From NCBI GenBank assembly GCA_963674755.2, contig CAXXVS010000003.1, positions 480,001 through 544,000 of the forward strand: a stretch of 64,000 nt of DNA, given 5' to 3'. Below are positions 1 to 9,923 of the stretch, piece by piece. A model generated the notes under the pieces. That model ran no database searches, was not told the origin of the DNA, and saw only the letters and a program-made list of their open reading frames with translations. Within the stretch, counting starts at the first letter, position 1; every line of letters begins with the position of its first letter. A program made the translations under genes and the position numbers. This stretch comes from Desulfobacterales bacterium (lineage in GTDB: Bacteria; Desulfobacterota; Desulfobacteria; Desulfobacterales; UBA5852).

Positions 1-2
1 CG

Positions 3-1796
3 TCCCCCTGGCCGGAGATTCTGGCCTGCGCCGAACGCATCATTGGCATACCACGGTATCTGTCCGTGCATTCCGGCGGGGTCGTGATAACCCCGGAGCC
101 GGTGGACCGCTATGTCCCGGTGCAGCGGGCGGCCAAAGGGGTGCCGATCATCCAATGGGAAAAGGATGCCATCGAAGATGCCGGTCTGGTGAAGATCGAT
201 CTGCTGGGCAACCGCAGCCTGGGGGTGATCCGGGATGCGCTGGCCAGCGTCCGGGCCCAGGGCGGCGATGTGGACGAAGAGCGTTGGACACCGGAGGAGG
301 ACCCCGCCACCCAGGAAGCCGTGGCCCAGGGCCGGACCATGGGCTGTTTCTACATCGAAAGTCCGGCCATGCGGCTTCTCCAGAAAAAAGCGGGAGTGGG
401 GGATTTCGAACACCTCGTCATCCACAGCAGCATCATTCGTCCGGCCGCCAACGAATTCATTCAGGCGTACATCCGGCGGCTGCACGGCGGCGCCTGGGAC
501 CCCATCCACCCGCTGCTGGCCGACGTTTTGTCGGAAACCTTCGGTATCATGGTCTACCAGGAGGACGTCTCCCGGGTGGCGGTGGCGCTGGCCGGGTTTT
601 CCCATGGCGAGGCCGATCGCCTGCGGAAAGTGATGTCCAAAAAGGACCGCGAATTCCACCTGAAGGATTTTCGCACCCGTTTTTTTGCGGGCGCCCGGGC
701 GCGCGGGGTTGCCGAGCCTACGGTCGCAGCGGTGTGGGCGATGATGATGAGTTTCAGTGGCTACTCGTTCTGCAAACCCCACAGCGCCTCCTATGCCCGG
801 GTGTCCTTCCAGGCAGCCTATCTCAAGACGCACCATTCCGCTGAATTCATGGCGGCCGTGATCAGCAACCAAGGGGGTTACTACACCACCTTTGCCTATG
901 TGTCCGAGGCCCGGCGCCTGGGGCTGACCATCCTGCCGCCGGATGTGATCCGCAGCCGGCAGCGCTGGACCGGCCAGGGGCAGACCGTGCGGGTAGGCCT
1001 GCAGGCGATCAAAGGGCTGGGCAGGGCCACCGCCGCCCGCATCGTGACCGAAAGAAGCCGGCGTCCCTTTCGCGACGGGATGGATTTCCTGAAGCGGGTG
1101 CAGCCGGACGAAGCCGAAGCGCGGGCCCTGATCCGCTCTGGGGCTCTGGACGGCCTGACACCGCCGGGGGACCGGGCCGGGTTGATGTGGACGCTGGCCT
1201 GTTGGCAGCACCGACGTGATCGGTCCGTCGATGCCAATTCCCTTTTTGCCACCCCAACCGGCACCGCAGCGCCCTGCCTGCCGGACGACGACCCCCTGGA
1301 GCGGCTGCGGCGGGAGTTTGCCGTCCTGGGGTTTTTGTGCGACCGGCATCCCATGACCTTGTATCGTGCGGCGCTACAGGCCCGGCAAGCGGTCCCGGCC
1401 CGGGACCTGGGACATTGGGTGGGCCGTCACGTGCGCTTCGGGGGCTGGTTCGTGACCGGCAAGGTGGTGCATACCAAACACGGCGATCCCATGGAATTTT
1501 TAACCTTCGAAGATGAAACGGATCTGATCGAAACTACTTTTTTCCCGGAGGTTTACCGTCGATTCTGCCATATGCTGGACTGGGGGCGTCCCTATCTCTT
1601 GAGCGGCCGGGTGGAGATGGATTGGGGCGTGTTGACCCTGACCGTGGATCACGTTGCCCCCTTGCCGCCCCTGCGGTCCGTGGCGGCGTCCCGGGCAGGG
1701 TTGCACAAACGGGCGGAAACGCCTAAGCTGATCCATCAGGCGAGCGGCAGTGGCACCATCGGGCCGGGGGCGGGCTTTCCCGCGGCTTCGCTTTGA
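3..1796 (+). CDS. dnaE2: Error-prone DNA polymerase III alpha subunit (DnaE2-type), 5' part outside window
   Basis: Frame open from the window edge. Motifs HSGGVVI, GLVKIDLLGNRSL, YQED, YSFCKPHSASYA, plus C-terminal OB-fold (FLTFEDET). Confidence 0.85.
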   Translation, partial: SPWPEILACAERIIGIPRYLSVHSGGVVITPEPVDRYVPVQRAAKGVPIIQWEKDAIEDAGLVKIDLLGNRSLGVIRDALASVRAQGGDVDEERWTPEEDPATQEAVAQGRTMGCFYIESPAMRLLQKKAGVGDFEHLVIHSSIIRPAANEFIQAYIRRLHGGAWDPIHPLLADVLSETFGIMVYQEDVSRVAVALAGFSHGEADRLRKVMSKKDREFHLKDFRTRFFAGARARGVAEPTVAAVWAMMMSFSGYSFCKPHSASYARVSFQAAYLKTHHSAEFMAAVISNQGGYYTTFAYVSEARRLGLTILPPDVIRSRQRWTGQGQTVRVGLQAIKGLGRATAARIVTERSRRPFRDGMDFLKRVQPDEAEARALIRSGALDGLTPPGDRAGLMWTLACWQHRRDRSVDANSLFATPTGTAAPCLPDDDPLERLRREFAVLGFLCDRHPMTLYRAALQARQAVPARDLGHWVGRHVRFGGWFVTGKVVHTKHGDPMEFLTFEDETDLIETTFFPEVYRRFCHMLDWGRPYLLSGRVEMDWGVLTLTVDHVAPLPPLRSVAASRAGLHKRAETPKLIHQASGSGTIGPGAGFPAASL

Positions 1797-1817
1797 ACGG
1801 TATAGGGAGAACGATCG

Positions 1818-2453
1818 ATGCGAGATTCCGAACGGAAACGCAGGGGATTGTGGGCGGTGGCTCTGGCGGCGGTATTGCTGATGGGCTGCGCGGCCCCGAT
1901 TACCTATCCGGTCCAGCTGGCCTACGACGGCCATGTTCCGCCCGCGGCGGATGAAACAGTGGCGGTCGGCATTCAACCGTTTCGCGACCGGCGCGATACG
2001 GGAGACCGTTTTGCGGTCGGCTACCGCCAAGTGGGCCGCGGGGAGGGCGAACGGGAGCGCTATGCTTCCAGCCCGGATGACGTCGCCCAGGCCGTGACCC
2101 GGATGACGCGTGAGCTCATCCGGCAAAAGGGGGACGTTCCCGGGGAGCTGGAAGGATGGAATTACACGCCGGACCAGATGATGGACCTGAGCAAGGGGTT
2201 CGACGTCCTGGTCGGAGGCGATATCCTGCGCCTGCGGTGCAATGCCGAGAAACGGCTCATGTACACGCGCATGGACCTGGAGCTGGAAATCGTGGTCTAC
2301 GTGGGCCAGGTCCGGGAAGGGGTGGTGCACCGGCGTCCCATCAGCATGCGCACGGAGCGTGTTGCCGCCACCTTCGGCCCACGTGAACTGCAGCAATTCT
2401 TGAACGATATGCTGTCCCAGGCTTTGGAAAAAGGCTGCGTGGATATTCCCTGA
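1818..2453 (+). CDS. Putative lipoprotein, unknown function
   Basis: GGGAGA RBS; basic N-terminus, hydrophobic stretch and lipobox LMGC. Confidence 0.7.
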   Translation: MRDSERKRRGLWAVALAAVLLMGCAAPITYPVQLAYDGHVPPAADETVAVGIQPFRDRRDTGDRFAVGYRQVGRGEGERERYASSPDDVAQAVTRMTRELIRQKGDVPGELEGWNYTPDQMMDLSKGFDVLVGGDILRLRCNAEKRLMYTRMDLELEIVVYVGQVREGVVHRRPISMRTERVAATFGPRELQQFLNDMLSQALEKGCVDIP

Positions 2454-2474
2454 TGCGTGCCGGAGCAGCCCGCA

Positions 2475-3272
2475 TCAAAGGGATTTTTTCAGGCAGCGAT
2501 TGATCTGTGCAAAAAGGCTGGTCGACAGGGCCAGCAGATGAATATCCCGGCCCTGGCCTTCCAGGTATTCGGCGATGGGAAATTTCGTGCCGTCCAGACG
2601 CATGAAATGTCCCCCGGCGGCCTCCATGATCACCCGCACCGCGGCCAGATCCTTGTAAGACTCGTTGGCGATCAGCGCCGCTTCGGCAAATCCCATGGCC
2701 ACATAACAGATGTGGGCGGAGGTGCATCCCAGGTTGAGTTGCTTGCCGGGAAATCCGCTCTGGTAGTTCTGGTGAAAGCGGGAGAAGGTCAGCAGAACGC
2801 TTTCATCGCTGATGCTGTCCTGGGAGGATACATGAATCGGCTGGTCGCCGCGGAAGGCTTCCTGGCCGGCCACGGCATGAAACAGATCATCGGTGGCCGG
2901 CATGTAGAAGGCGCCCATCACGGGCCACTTGTTGTCCAATAGGGCGATGGACATCCCCCAGATCGGGATGCCGTCCATAAAATTGGACATGCCGTCCAGC
3001 GGATCGAAAATCCAGACGTAGCGTTTGGCCTCATGGGTGTAAGCGTCGTCAGGGCTTTGCCCGTCGAAGCAATGATGCTCCGGGAAGCGTGCCCGGAGGG
3101 CTTTCTGGAAAAGCTCATTGAGATGCAGCTCCACTCGGGTCACCAGGGTTTCGTCGAATTTGACCTGGGACGCCCCCTTGCCATAGAATTCGAGCGCTTC
3201 TTCTCCGGCTTTTTTGATGAAATCGATGGCGAATGCCTTCAAATCTTCGATGGGCACGTAGTCCTTGTCCAA
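2475..3272 (-). CDS. Inositol monophosphatase family protein
   Basis: WIFDPLDGMSNF motif (DPLDGT-like). Start moved to TTG 3272 behind AGGAGGAG; GTG 3257 is an alternative. Confidence 0.85.
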   Translation of the reverse strand: MDKDYVPIEDLKAFAIDFIKKAGEEALEFYGKGASQVKFDETLVTRVELHLNELFQKALRARFPEHHCFDGQSPDDAYTHEAKRYVWIFDPLDGMSNFMDGIPIWGMSIALLDNKWPVMGAFYMPATDDLFHAVAGQEAFRGDQPIHVSSQDSISDESVLLTFSRFHQNYQSGFPGKQLNLGCTSAHICYVAMGFAEAALIANESYKDLAAVRVIMEAAGGHFMRLDGTKFPIAEYLEGQGRDIHLLALSTSLFAQINRCLKKSL

Positions 3273-3495
3273 TCTTCTCCTCCTCCTCTGCTGGTGGTCG
3301 GCGACGGCTTCCGCACGGTTACCATAGTATATCCCTGAACCGGGATCAAGATGGTGCGCAACGCGAAACACCGGTTTCGAACGACGGGAATGCGTTTGAC
3401 ATCAGTCGATTCAGCTTTAGCTTGATCTTTCGTGTGTTCTGTTTGATAGTAGCAGCCTTTGCAACCTGAGCGATAAGAAACCGGAGGGTAATGGG

Positions 3496-4173
3496 ATGGC
3501 TTTTGAGACCCGCGAGCAAGTGCTTGAGCGCGTGATGCATATGGAAAAACCCCAGTGTCCCCACTGCGGTGAAGAGATGAATCTCTGGGAGGTGCCTCCC
3601 ATCAACTTCAGCGACGGTTTGGGGTGGGGGGAACCCTTTCTTTTCGTATGCTTCAACGACACGTGCCCTTCCTATGTGAATGGCTGGGACCACATGGAGG
3701 AAACCTATGCCCATCATGCTTCTTATCGCTGCATGAATTATCCCGGTACCAGTGTGTTTGAATTTATGCCGGTCTTCAGTCCCCACGGTGGTACGGGACA
3801 AGTGATCGATGACCAGATCCTGGCCCAGGAGGAAGCCCTCAAGGCCGCCACCAAAAAGGGGTTCAACATTTTGGCGACGTGCTTTGTGGAAAAAGACGGG
3901 CCGACGATCCTGAGACTTTTACTGGACTCGGCCGAACCCTCCCGGGTGCGTTTGAAGGCCGCGGAAATGCTGGGTGATATCGGGGGGCTCGAAGCTATCG
4001 ATGCTTTGCGCAACCTCAAGCTAGGCAATGAGCTCATCCAGCAGCAAGTCGAGGACAGTGTGGCCAAGATCCATACGCGGTTTTTTACCCGTGAGTGCCC
4101 GTTTTGTGCGGAAATCATCAAGCAGCGCGCCAAGATCTGCAAACACTGCGGCAAAGAGGTGGCCGGGGAGTAA
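3496..4173 (+). CDS. Zinc-ribbon/HEAT-repeat protein
   Basis: GGAGG RBS; CPHC, CFNDTC, C-terminal CPFC...CKHC; HEAT-like VRLKAAEMLGDIG. Confidence 0.8.
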   Translation: MAFETREQVLERVMHMEKPQCPHCGEEMNLWEVPPINFSDGLGWGEPFLFVCFNDTCPSYVNGWDHMEETYAHHASYRCMNYPGTSVFEFMPVFSPHGGTGQVIDDQILAQEEALKAATKKGFNILATCFVEKDGPTILRLLLDSAEPSRVRLKAAEMLGDIGGLEAIDALRNLKLGNELIQQQVEDSVAKIHTRFFTRECPFCAEIIKQRAKICKHCGKEVAGE

Positions 4174-4258
4174 CCGACGATTTAGGCGCCGGCCCTGGGC
4201 GGACGGCGTCAACCGAATTGAGCCGATCAGGAAAATTGTTTTCCGGGATCGGCTTTTT

Positions 4259-4810
4259 TTATCCCTGCTCCGGCGGTCTGATGATATTGACGTTGTCTTG
4301 ATCGTAGGTTCGGAAAATGAGCTTTTCGCGCGCCAAGCGCTCTTCCGGATAAGGACGGGGGGGCTGCTCGGCCAACCGGCGGGCCGCCTCCCGGGGTGAC
4401 GGCAGGGCCGCCAAACCCCGCGCACAGGGTTTGCCCGTAGCGGTGTCCAGAATGACCGCCTCGCGTCCGTCGGTCACCACCGCAAGAGGGATCGGGGTCG
4501 CACCGAAAATACGCGCGGCGGCCAGAATTTCCCGTTCGCGCGATCCCAGCGAGCCGGCACAGCATTTAAAGGCCATGATCGGGATGAGGGACTCGCCGGC
4601 CTTGACGATCAGGTCGATTTTACCGGTGTAGGGGCTGTCGTCAATGCGGATGCGCAGGGGCGCGTCCACCCACAAGGTCTCGCGGGCATACCCCTTTTCT
4701 TCCACCAAAAACCGGAGAACCGCTTGCCGATGGCTTTCAGTTCCCACATCGGGGATGACAGCCCCGGTCAGGTAGTCCTTCAGGGTGGGCGGTGTCGATG
4801 ATGGTGTCAT
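4259..4810 (-). CDS. Stand-alone HsdR N-terminal-like (PD-(D/E)xK fold) protein
   Basis: E..RQ..L.FLVEEKGY, KIDLIV and AVVTDG motifs; start placed at ATG 4810. Confidence 0.65.
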   Translation of the reverse strand: MTPSSTPPTLKDYLTGAVIPDVGTESHRQAVLRFLVEEKGYARETLWVDAPLRIRIDDSPYTGKIDLIVKAGESLIPIMAFKCCAGSLGSREREILAAARIFGATPIPLAVVTDGREAVILDTATGKPCARGLAALPSPREAARRLAEQPPRPYPEERLAREKLIFRTYDQDNVNIIRPPEQG

Positions 4811-4832
4811 GCGTGTCCCTTGTGAAACCGTG

Positions 4833-5243
4833 TTATTCGTCGTCCGGGTGGCCTGCCGGTTCTTCCTGAGATTGATGGCGGCGCCAATCTTCCAGAGCCG
4901 GTGTATTGATCCGCGGCGCATCGGCCCATAATCCCTCCAGATCGTAAAAGCGGCGCACCGGGTCGTAGAAGACATGAATGACGACGTTGCCGTAATCCAT
5001 CAAAACCCAGTGCCCTTCCTTCAAGCCCTCGACACTGAGGGGGATCAGGCTGCTTTTTTTCAGGTCGGTTCGAATATATTCCGCAATGGCACTGACCTGG
5101 CGGTTGGACCGACCGCTGCAGATGATAAAGGTATCGGCCAGAGAGGTCAGCTCACCGACATCCAGCATGACCACATCAAGGGCCTTGCGACCCAGTACGG
5201 CCTTTACGAAAAGGTCCAGTTGGGGATCGTTGGTGTCGCTCAT
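4833..5243 (-). CDS. rsfS: Ribosome silencing factor
   Basis: KA.DV..LD, FIICSGRSNRQV, WVLMDYG, RRFYDLEGLWADA; follows nadD. Confidence 0.95.
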   Translation of the reverse strand: MSDTNDPQLDLFVKAVLGRKALDVVMLDVGELTSLADTFIICSGRSNRQVSAIAEYIRTDLKKSSLIPLSVEGLKEGHWVLMDYGNVVIHVFYDPVRRFYDLEGLWADAPRINTPALEDWRRHQSQEEPAGHPDDE

Positions 5244-5911
5244 CGATAGAGTCCTTTGGTGTCGATGTATTGGCGAACCGAATCGGGAACGAGAAAGTCG
5301 ATCGCTTTTTGGTGCCGAATCTGATGGCGAATGTGAGTCGCGGAGATGTTCAGACCGGTCACGTTGAATGCAAATATGGGCTGTTTTTCACAGTGGGTAA
5401 AGCAGGAGGTTTCCAAGGTACATTCGTAGCCCTGCAATGCTCCTTGAGTCAGCAATTCTTTCACGGCATGGTTGACCGAGGGTTGCAGACGTCCCCGGTG
5501 ATCGGGCCGGTTGATGACGATCAGGGGGATGATGTGGAGAAGATCCTGATAGGATTTCCAGGTTTCGATTTCCAAGAAGGCATCCAGTCCCATGATCAGA
5601 TAGAGCCAGGCTTCTTCCGGCAGGTGTTTGCGGAAGGTACAGACCGTATCGATGGTGAAAGAGGGCCCCTCACGTTTCAACTCGATATCCGATGCGCGCA
5701 GCCCTTGATGGCCTTCGATCGCCCTTTTGACCATGGCCATGCGGTCCGTTGCGGGCGCCAGATTGGCGCGGCCCTTGTGGGGCGGCGATGCCGACGGGAT
5801 GAGATAGACCGCATCGAGATCGAATCCCTCCCGTATTTCCACAGCGGCGCGTAAATGACCGAAGTGAATGGGATTGAATGTGCCCCCGAACATACCGATT
5901 TTTATGGCCAT
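5240..5911 (-). CDS. nadD: Nicotinate-nucleotide adenylyltransferase
   Basis: GGTFNPIHFGH and ISATHIR motifs. Confidence 0.95.
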   Translation of the reverse strand: MAIKIGMFGGTFNPIHFGHLRAAVEIREGFDLDAVYLIPSASPPHKGRANLAPATDRMAMVKRAIEGHQGLRASDIELKREGPSFTIDTVCTFRKHLPEEAWLYLIMGLDAFLEIETWKSYQDLLHIIPLIVINRPDHRGRLQPSVNHAVKELLTQGALQGYECTLETSCFTHCEKQPIFAFNVTGLNISATHIRHQIRHQKAIDFLVPDSVRQYIDTKGLYR

Positions 5912-5988
5912 GAGGCGCCTACGGCTCCTATAAAAAGATACTCCTGAAGCGTACGCTTCGGAAGGGTCGCTTCAAAAGGTTTGCGCGG

Positions 5989-7125
5989 TCAAGCGAGCGT
6001 TTCCTGGGTCAAGACCAGATTGTCCCGATGAATGACTTCGTCATAAGGCTTTTCCCCCAGGCGGCTGGCGATCTGGGTGGATTTGAGTCCTTTTATCTTA
6101 CGGATGTCGCTGGCCGTATAGTTCACCAGGCCATTGCCCAGGATCGTGCCCTCGAGATCGATCACCTGGACCGGATCGCCGACGCTGAATTCGCCGAGGA
6201 CCCGTACGATGCCGCTTGGCAGAAGGCTTTTGCCCCGCCCCTGAAGGGCTTTGGCGGCGCCCTGGTCAATGGTGACGGTTCCTTTCGGTTTCAGGGAAAA
6301 GGCCAGCCAGCATTTGCGGCTCGAAAGACGCTCCTTACGGGGAACGAAGAAGGTGCCCGGTACGGGTTCACTGAACAAGCAATGGAGAATGTCGGAGCGG
6401 GTTCCGTTGGCAATGACCATGGGAATGCCGGCGGCCGTCACCTTGCGGGCGGCCTTGATTTTGGTCAGCATGCCGCCGGTGCCCAGCGCCCCCGGAATAT
6501 CGCTGGCATAGCGTTCGATGGGTTTGCCGATGGTTTCCACCTCGGGCAGGAGTTCGGCATCGGCAAACACGCGGGGGTCTTTGTTGTATAACCCATCGAT
6601 GTCCGTCAGGTTGATCAACAGGTCTGCATCCATGAGCAGGGCGATTACCGCCGCCAAGTTGTCATTGTCACCGAATTTTATTTCATCCACCATGACGGTG
6701 TCGTTTTCATTGATAATGGGAAGGACGCCCCATTCCAACAAGGTGTTGAGGGTGTTGCGGGCATTCAGATAGCGTTTGCGGCTGGTCATATCTTCTGCCG
6801 TCAGCAGAATCTGGGCCACCTTCATGCTGTCGCGCGCAAAGGCTTCTTCATAGGCCTCGATCAAACCGGCCTGGCCCACGGCGGCGATGGCCTGCCGGGC
6901 CGGTATGGCCTCCGGTCGCCGGGCCAGCCCAAGCTTGCGCATGCCGGCCGCCATGGCGCCGGATGACACCAGGATCACCTGACGGCCTGTGGCCACCAGA
7001 TGACAGATTTCATGGCTGATGGATTCGATCACCGGGAGATTCAGACCCTGGTCTCGGGTGAGAACGTTGCTGCCGATTTTGACGACGACACGGCGCGCCT
7101 GGGCAAAATGGTGGAGGGCATTCAA
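5989..7125 (-). CDS. proB: Glutamate 5-kinase
   Basis: VVKIGS, PIINEND, FGDNDNL, GTGGM motifs and C-terminal PUA domain. Confidence 0.96.
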   Translation of the reverse strand: MNALHHFAQARRVVVKIGSNVLTRDQGLNLPVIESISHEICHLVATGRQVILVSSGAMAAGMRKLGLARRPEAIPARQAIAAVGQAGLIEAYEEAFARDSMKVAQILLTAEDMTSRKRYLNARNTLNTLLEWGVLPIINENDTVMVDEIKFGDNDNLAAVIALLMDADLLINLTDIDGLYNKDPRVFADAELLPEVETIGKPIERYASDIPGALGTGGMLTKIKAARKVTAAGIPMVIANGTRSDILHCLFSEPVPGTFFVPRKERLSSRKCWLAFSLKPKGTVTIDQGAAKALQGRGKSLLPSGIVRVLGEFSVGDPVQVIDLEGTILGNGLVNYTASDIRKIKGLKSTQIASRLGEKPYDEVIHRDNLVLTQETLA

Positions 7126-7128
7126 GGG

Positions 7129-8124
7129 CTAGTCACCATCCAGAAGTTGGGTCAGCCTGGAGGTCAGCGCAGCAAGGCCTTCCGCCTTTTGGGCGGAGAT
7201 TGTGACGATGGCCTCGCCCGGCAGCGCCTGTCGAAAGATTTCTGCTTTTTGGGCCGCTTCCGGCAGATCCAGTTTGTTGAGGACGATCAGTTGGGGTTTG
7301 GTCCCCAGAGACGGATTGTAAAGTGTCAGCTCGCGATTGACGGTGTCCAGGGCGGCCAAGGGCCGATCCTGATCGATGGCCTGGGCATCGATCAGGTGAA
7401 GAAGAACCCGTGTGCGTTCGATATGTTTCAAAAAGCGATGGCCCAGGCCGGCCCCCTGATGGGCGCCGTCGATCAACCCGGGGATATCGGCCACCACAAA
7501 GGGCTCGGCCCATTCCGTGCGTACGACGCCGAGGTAGGGATTCAAGGTCGTAAACGGGTAGTCCGCCGTTTTGGGCCGGGCGGCCGAGATGGCGCTCAGC
7601 AATGTTGATTTGCCGGCGTTCGGCAGCCCGATGATCCCTACGTCGGCCAGCAGTTTGAGTTCCAGTTTGACGGATAGAGCGATACCGGGTTCCCCAGGCT
7701 GGGCATAGCGTGGGGTACGGTTGGTGGATGATTTGAAACGCGTGTTGCCAAGTCCGCCGCGACCGCCCCGGGCCAGGACGAAACGTTCGTCCGGCGAGGC
7801 CATGTCTTTGATGAGTGCGCCGTCGTCCGCGTTCAAGATAATGGTGCCAGGTGGGAGTTCGATGGTCAGATCGGCGCCATTGCGCCCGGTTTTTTGAGAA
7901 CCCTGGCCATGGCCGCCGTTAGCGGCTTTGAACTGACGTTTGTATTGAAACTGCTTAAGGGTACGTTTGCGGTGCGTGGTTACCAGGACAATGTCACCGC
8001 CCTTGCCCCCGTCGCCCCCATCCGGTCCGCCGCGGGGAATGAATTTTTCGCGGCGGAAGCTGACGCACCCGCGGCCGCCGTTCCCGGATTGAACGGTAAT
8101 GGTTGCTTCATCAATGAATTTCAC
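7129..8124 (-). CDS. obgE: GTPase ObgE
   Basis: FIDE...[35 protein letters not shown]. Confidence 0.97.
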   Translation of the reverse strand: MKFIDEATITVQSGNGGRGCVSFRREKFIPRGGPDGGDGGKGGDIVLVTTHRKRTLKQFQYKRQFKAANGGHGQGSQKTGRNGADLTIELPPGTIILNADDGALIKDMASPDERFVLARGGRGGLGNTRFKSSTNRTPRYAQPGEPGIALSVKLELKLLADVGIIGLPNAGKSTLLSAISAARPKTADYPFTTLNPYLGVVRTEWAEPFVVADIPGLIDGAHQGAGLGHRFLKHIERTRVLLHLIDAQAIDQDRPLAALDTVNRELTLYNPSLGTKPQLIVLNKLDLPEAAQKAEIFRQALPGEAIVTISAQKAEGLAALTSRLTQLLDGD

Positions 8125-8375
8125 GCGTCATAAACGCTGACTTTTTTCCTATCGCGTCCCAGACGTTCGTAGGCGACAATGCCGTCAATCTTGGCAAAGA
8201 GGGTATAGTCTTTTCCCATTCCCACATTGTCGCCGGGATGGATTCGGGTACCGAGTTGCCGCACCAGAATATTGCCGGCCCGCACTTTTTCACCGCCGTA
8301 ACGCTTGATGCCGCGTCGTTGGGCATTGCTGTCGCGGCCATTCTTGGAACTACCACCTGCTTTTTTATGTGCCAT
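8121..8375 (-). CDS. rpmA: 50S ribosomal protein L27
   Basis: [16 protein letters not shown]; start at ATG 8375 behind AAGGAG. Confidence 0.98.
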   Translation of the reverse strand: MAHKKAGGSSKNGRDSNAQRRGIKRYGGEKVRAGNILVRQLGTRIHPGDNVGMGKDYTLFAKIDGIVAYERLGRDRKKVSVYDA

Positions 8376-8416
8376 GATAAAGACTCCTTGGACGCCTGAA
8401 ACGCTAGGCATTCATG

Positions 8417-8731
8417 CTACGGGATTGCGATGCTGTCGACCTTGATGGCGGTATACTGTTGGCGATGTCCCTGCTTGCGGCGATACCGTTTGCGACGCTT
8501 ATATTTGAAAACAAGTATTTTTTTGGCCTGCCCCTGTTCGACAACCGTCCCCTTGACCGTAATGTTGTCAAGCACGGGCGTACCGACTTGAACCGTTTCG
8601 CCGTCGGAAAACATCAATACGTCATCAAACGTAATCTCGGCCCCCACTTCACCGGGGAGCTTTTCTACGCGGAAGGTTTCGCCTTCCTGGACTTTATATT
8701 GTTTTCCGCCTGATTTGACCACAGCGTACAT
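8417..8731 (-). CDS. rplU: 50S ribosomal protein L21
   Basis: MYAVVKSGGKQYKV and GHRQ motifs; AAGGAGG RBS. Confidence 0.98.
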   Translation of the reverse strand: MYAVVKSGGKQYKVQEGETFRVEKLPGEVGAEITFDDVLMFSDGETVQVGTPVLDNITVKGTVVEQGQAKKILVFKYKRRKRYRRKQGHRQQYTAIKVDSIAIP

Positions 8732-8834
8732 GCGCGCCTCCTTTGACCATAAGCGTCGATCCGGCTTTATCCCTGCGACCCTCTGGAGTGAACCGACTTC
8801 GATGCAATAAAAATTTCGACTTCAAAACCAGGGA

Positions 8835-8862
8835 ATATTACTTTATTCGCGTGTCGTGTCAA
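8835..8862 (-). promoter_or_regulatory. Putative sigma70 promoter of rplU operon
   Basis: Minus strand TTGACA-N16-TAATAT. Confidence 0.5.
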
Positions 8863-8995
8863 GCAAAAAAATAGTTATGCAGCGGCCCTTCGGGTAAGCG
8901 GGCGGGCGCCAAGGATACCACCAAATATTTGACAACCGGCGGTATAAAGCCTACAACCCCACGCGACCTTCCGACTGGGCGGCTAAAAAGACTAA

Positions 8996-9820
8996 ATGCA
9001 AGGATACCGCATGGAACGCTATAGGGCTACTCGCATCGTGTCATCCCCTTTGAATGGCGAACCGGCCACCGGCGAGACAATGTCCCTGATTGCCGAAGAG
9101 CCGCTGTCCATCCGTGTGCAGGGGCGCCCCTATATGGTCGTCATGCGAACGCCTGGCGCGGAGTTGGCCCACGCGGCCGGTCTGTGTCTTGCCGAGGGGC
9201 TTATCCGCCAGCCCTCGGACATCGCCCAGCTGGCCTTTTGTGATGGCGATGACACCAATACCGTGACGGTGACCCTTCAGGAACATTGCGCCGACCGTCT
9301 GACCCAGCGTGGCGACCGACGTGCTTACATTAGCCAGTCCGGCTGCGGTTTGTGCGGCAAGGAGCTTATTGAGGACATTCACACCGAGATCCGGCCTCTC
9401 AGCGGCCTTACGGCAATACCGTTGTCGCGTGTATCGAACGCCTTGGCCGATCTTCCACGTCAGCAACCCCTGCGGGAGCAGACACGGGCCGCCCACGCGG
9501 CGGCGATCCATGATCAGGAGGGCTTGCTGCTGACGGCGGCCGAGGATGTCGGGCGCCACAATGCCTTGGACAAGGCTATCGGGCGGTTGTTTCTGGACGA
9601 CCGCCTGCAATCCGCGGCCATGATTGTTCTTTCCTCCCGTATCAGCTACGAACTGGTTCAGAAAGCAGCCTGCGCGCGCATTCCCATCATCGTGGCGGTG
9701 TCCCGTCCGACATCCCTGGCCGTGGCCCTGGCGGAACGCCTCAATATCGCCCTGGCCTCCCGCCGACCCGGTGGGGGACTGTGGGTTTACACCGCCGAAC
9801 ACCGTTTGCCCCCGGATTGA
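8996..9820 (+). CDS. fdhD: Formate dehydrogenase accessory sulfurtransferase
   Basis: EEPLSI, MRTPG, CGLCG, EDVGRHNALDKAIG, SSRISYELVQKA. Start could be 9011. Confidence 0.93.
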   Translation: MQGYRMERYRATRIVSSPLNGEPATGETMSLIAEEPLSIRVQGRPYMVVMRTPGAELAHAAGLCLAEGLIRQPSDIAQLAFCDGDDTNTVTVTLQEHCADRLTQRGDRRAYISQSGCGLCGKELIEDIHTEIRPLSGLTAIPLSRVSNALADLPRQQPLREQTRAAHAAAIHDQEGLLLTAAEDVGRHNALDKAIGRLFLDDRLQSAAMIVLSSRISYELVQKAACARIPIIVAVSRPTSLAVALAERLNIALASRRPGGGLWVYTAEHRLPPD

Positions 9821-9848
9821 TGCCCCCCTTTTTTCGATAAATACCAAC

Positions 9849-9884
9849 AAAAAGGCGCCGTTCCCGGAAAGGGAGGGCGCCTTT
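9849..9884. terminator. Probable bidirectional intrinsic terminator between convergent fdhD and dsrP
   Basis: AAAGGCGCC...GGCGCCTTT inverted repeat flanked by A and T runs. Confidence 0.7.
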
Positions 9885-9923
9885 GGTGTTTTTACTTAAT
9901 TGACGCTGCGCTGCGGGAGCGCC

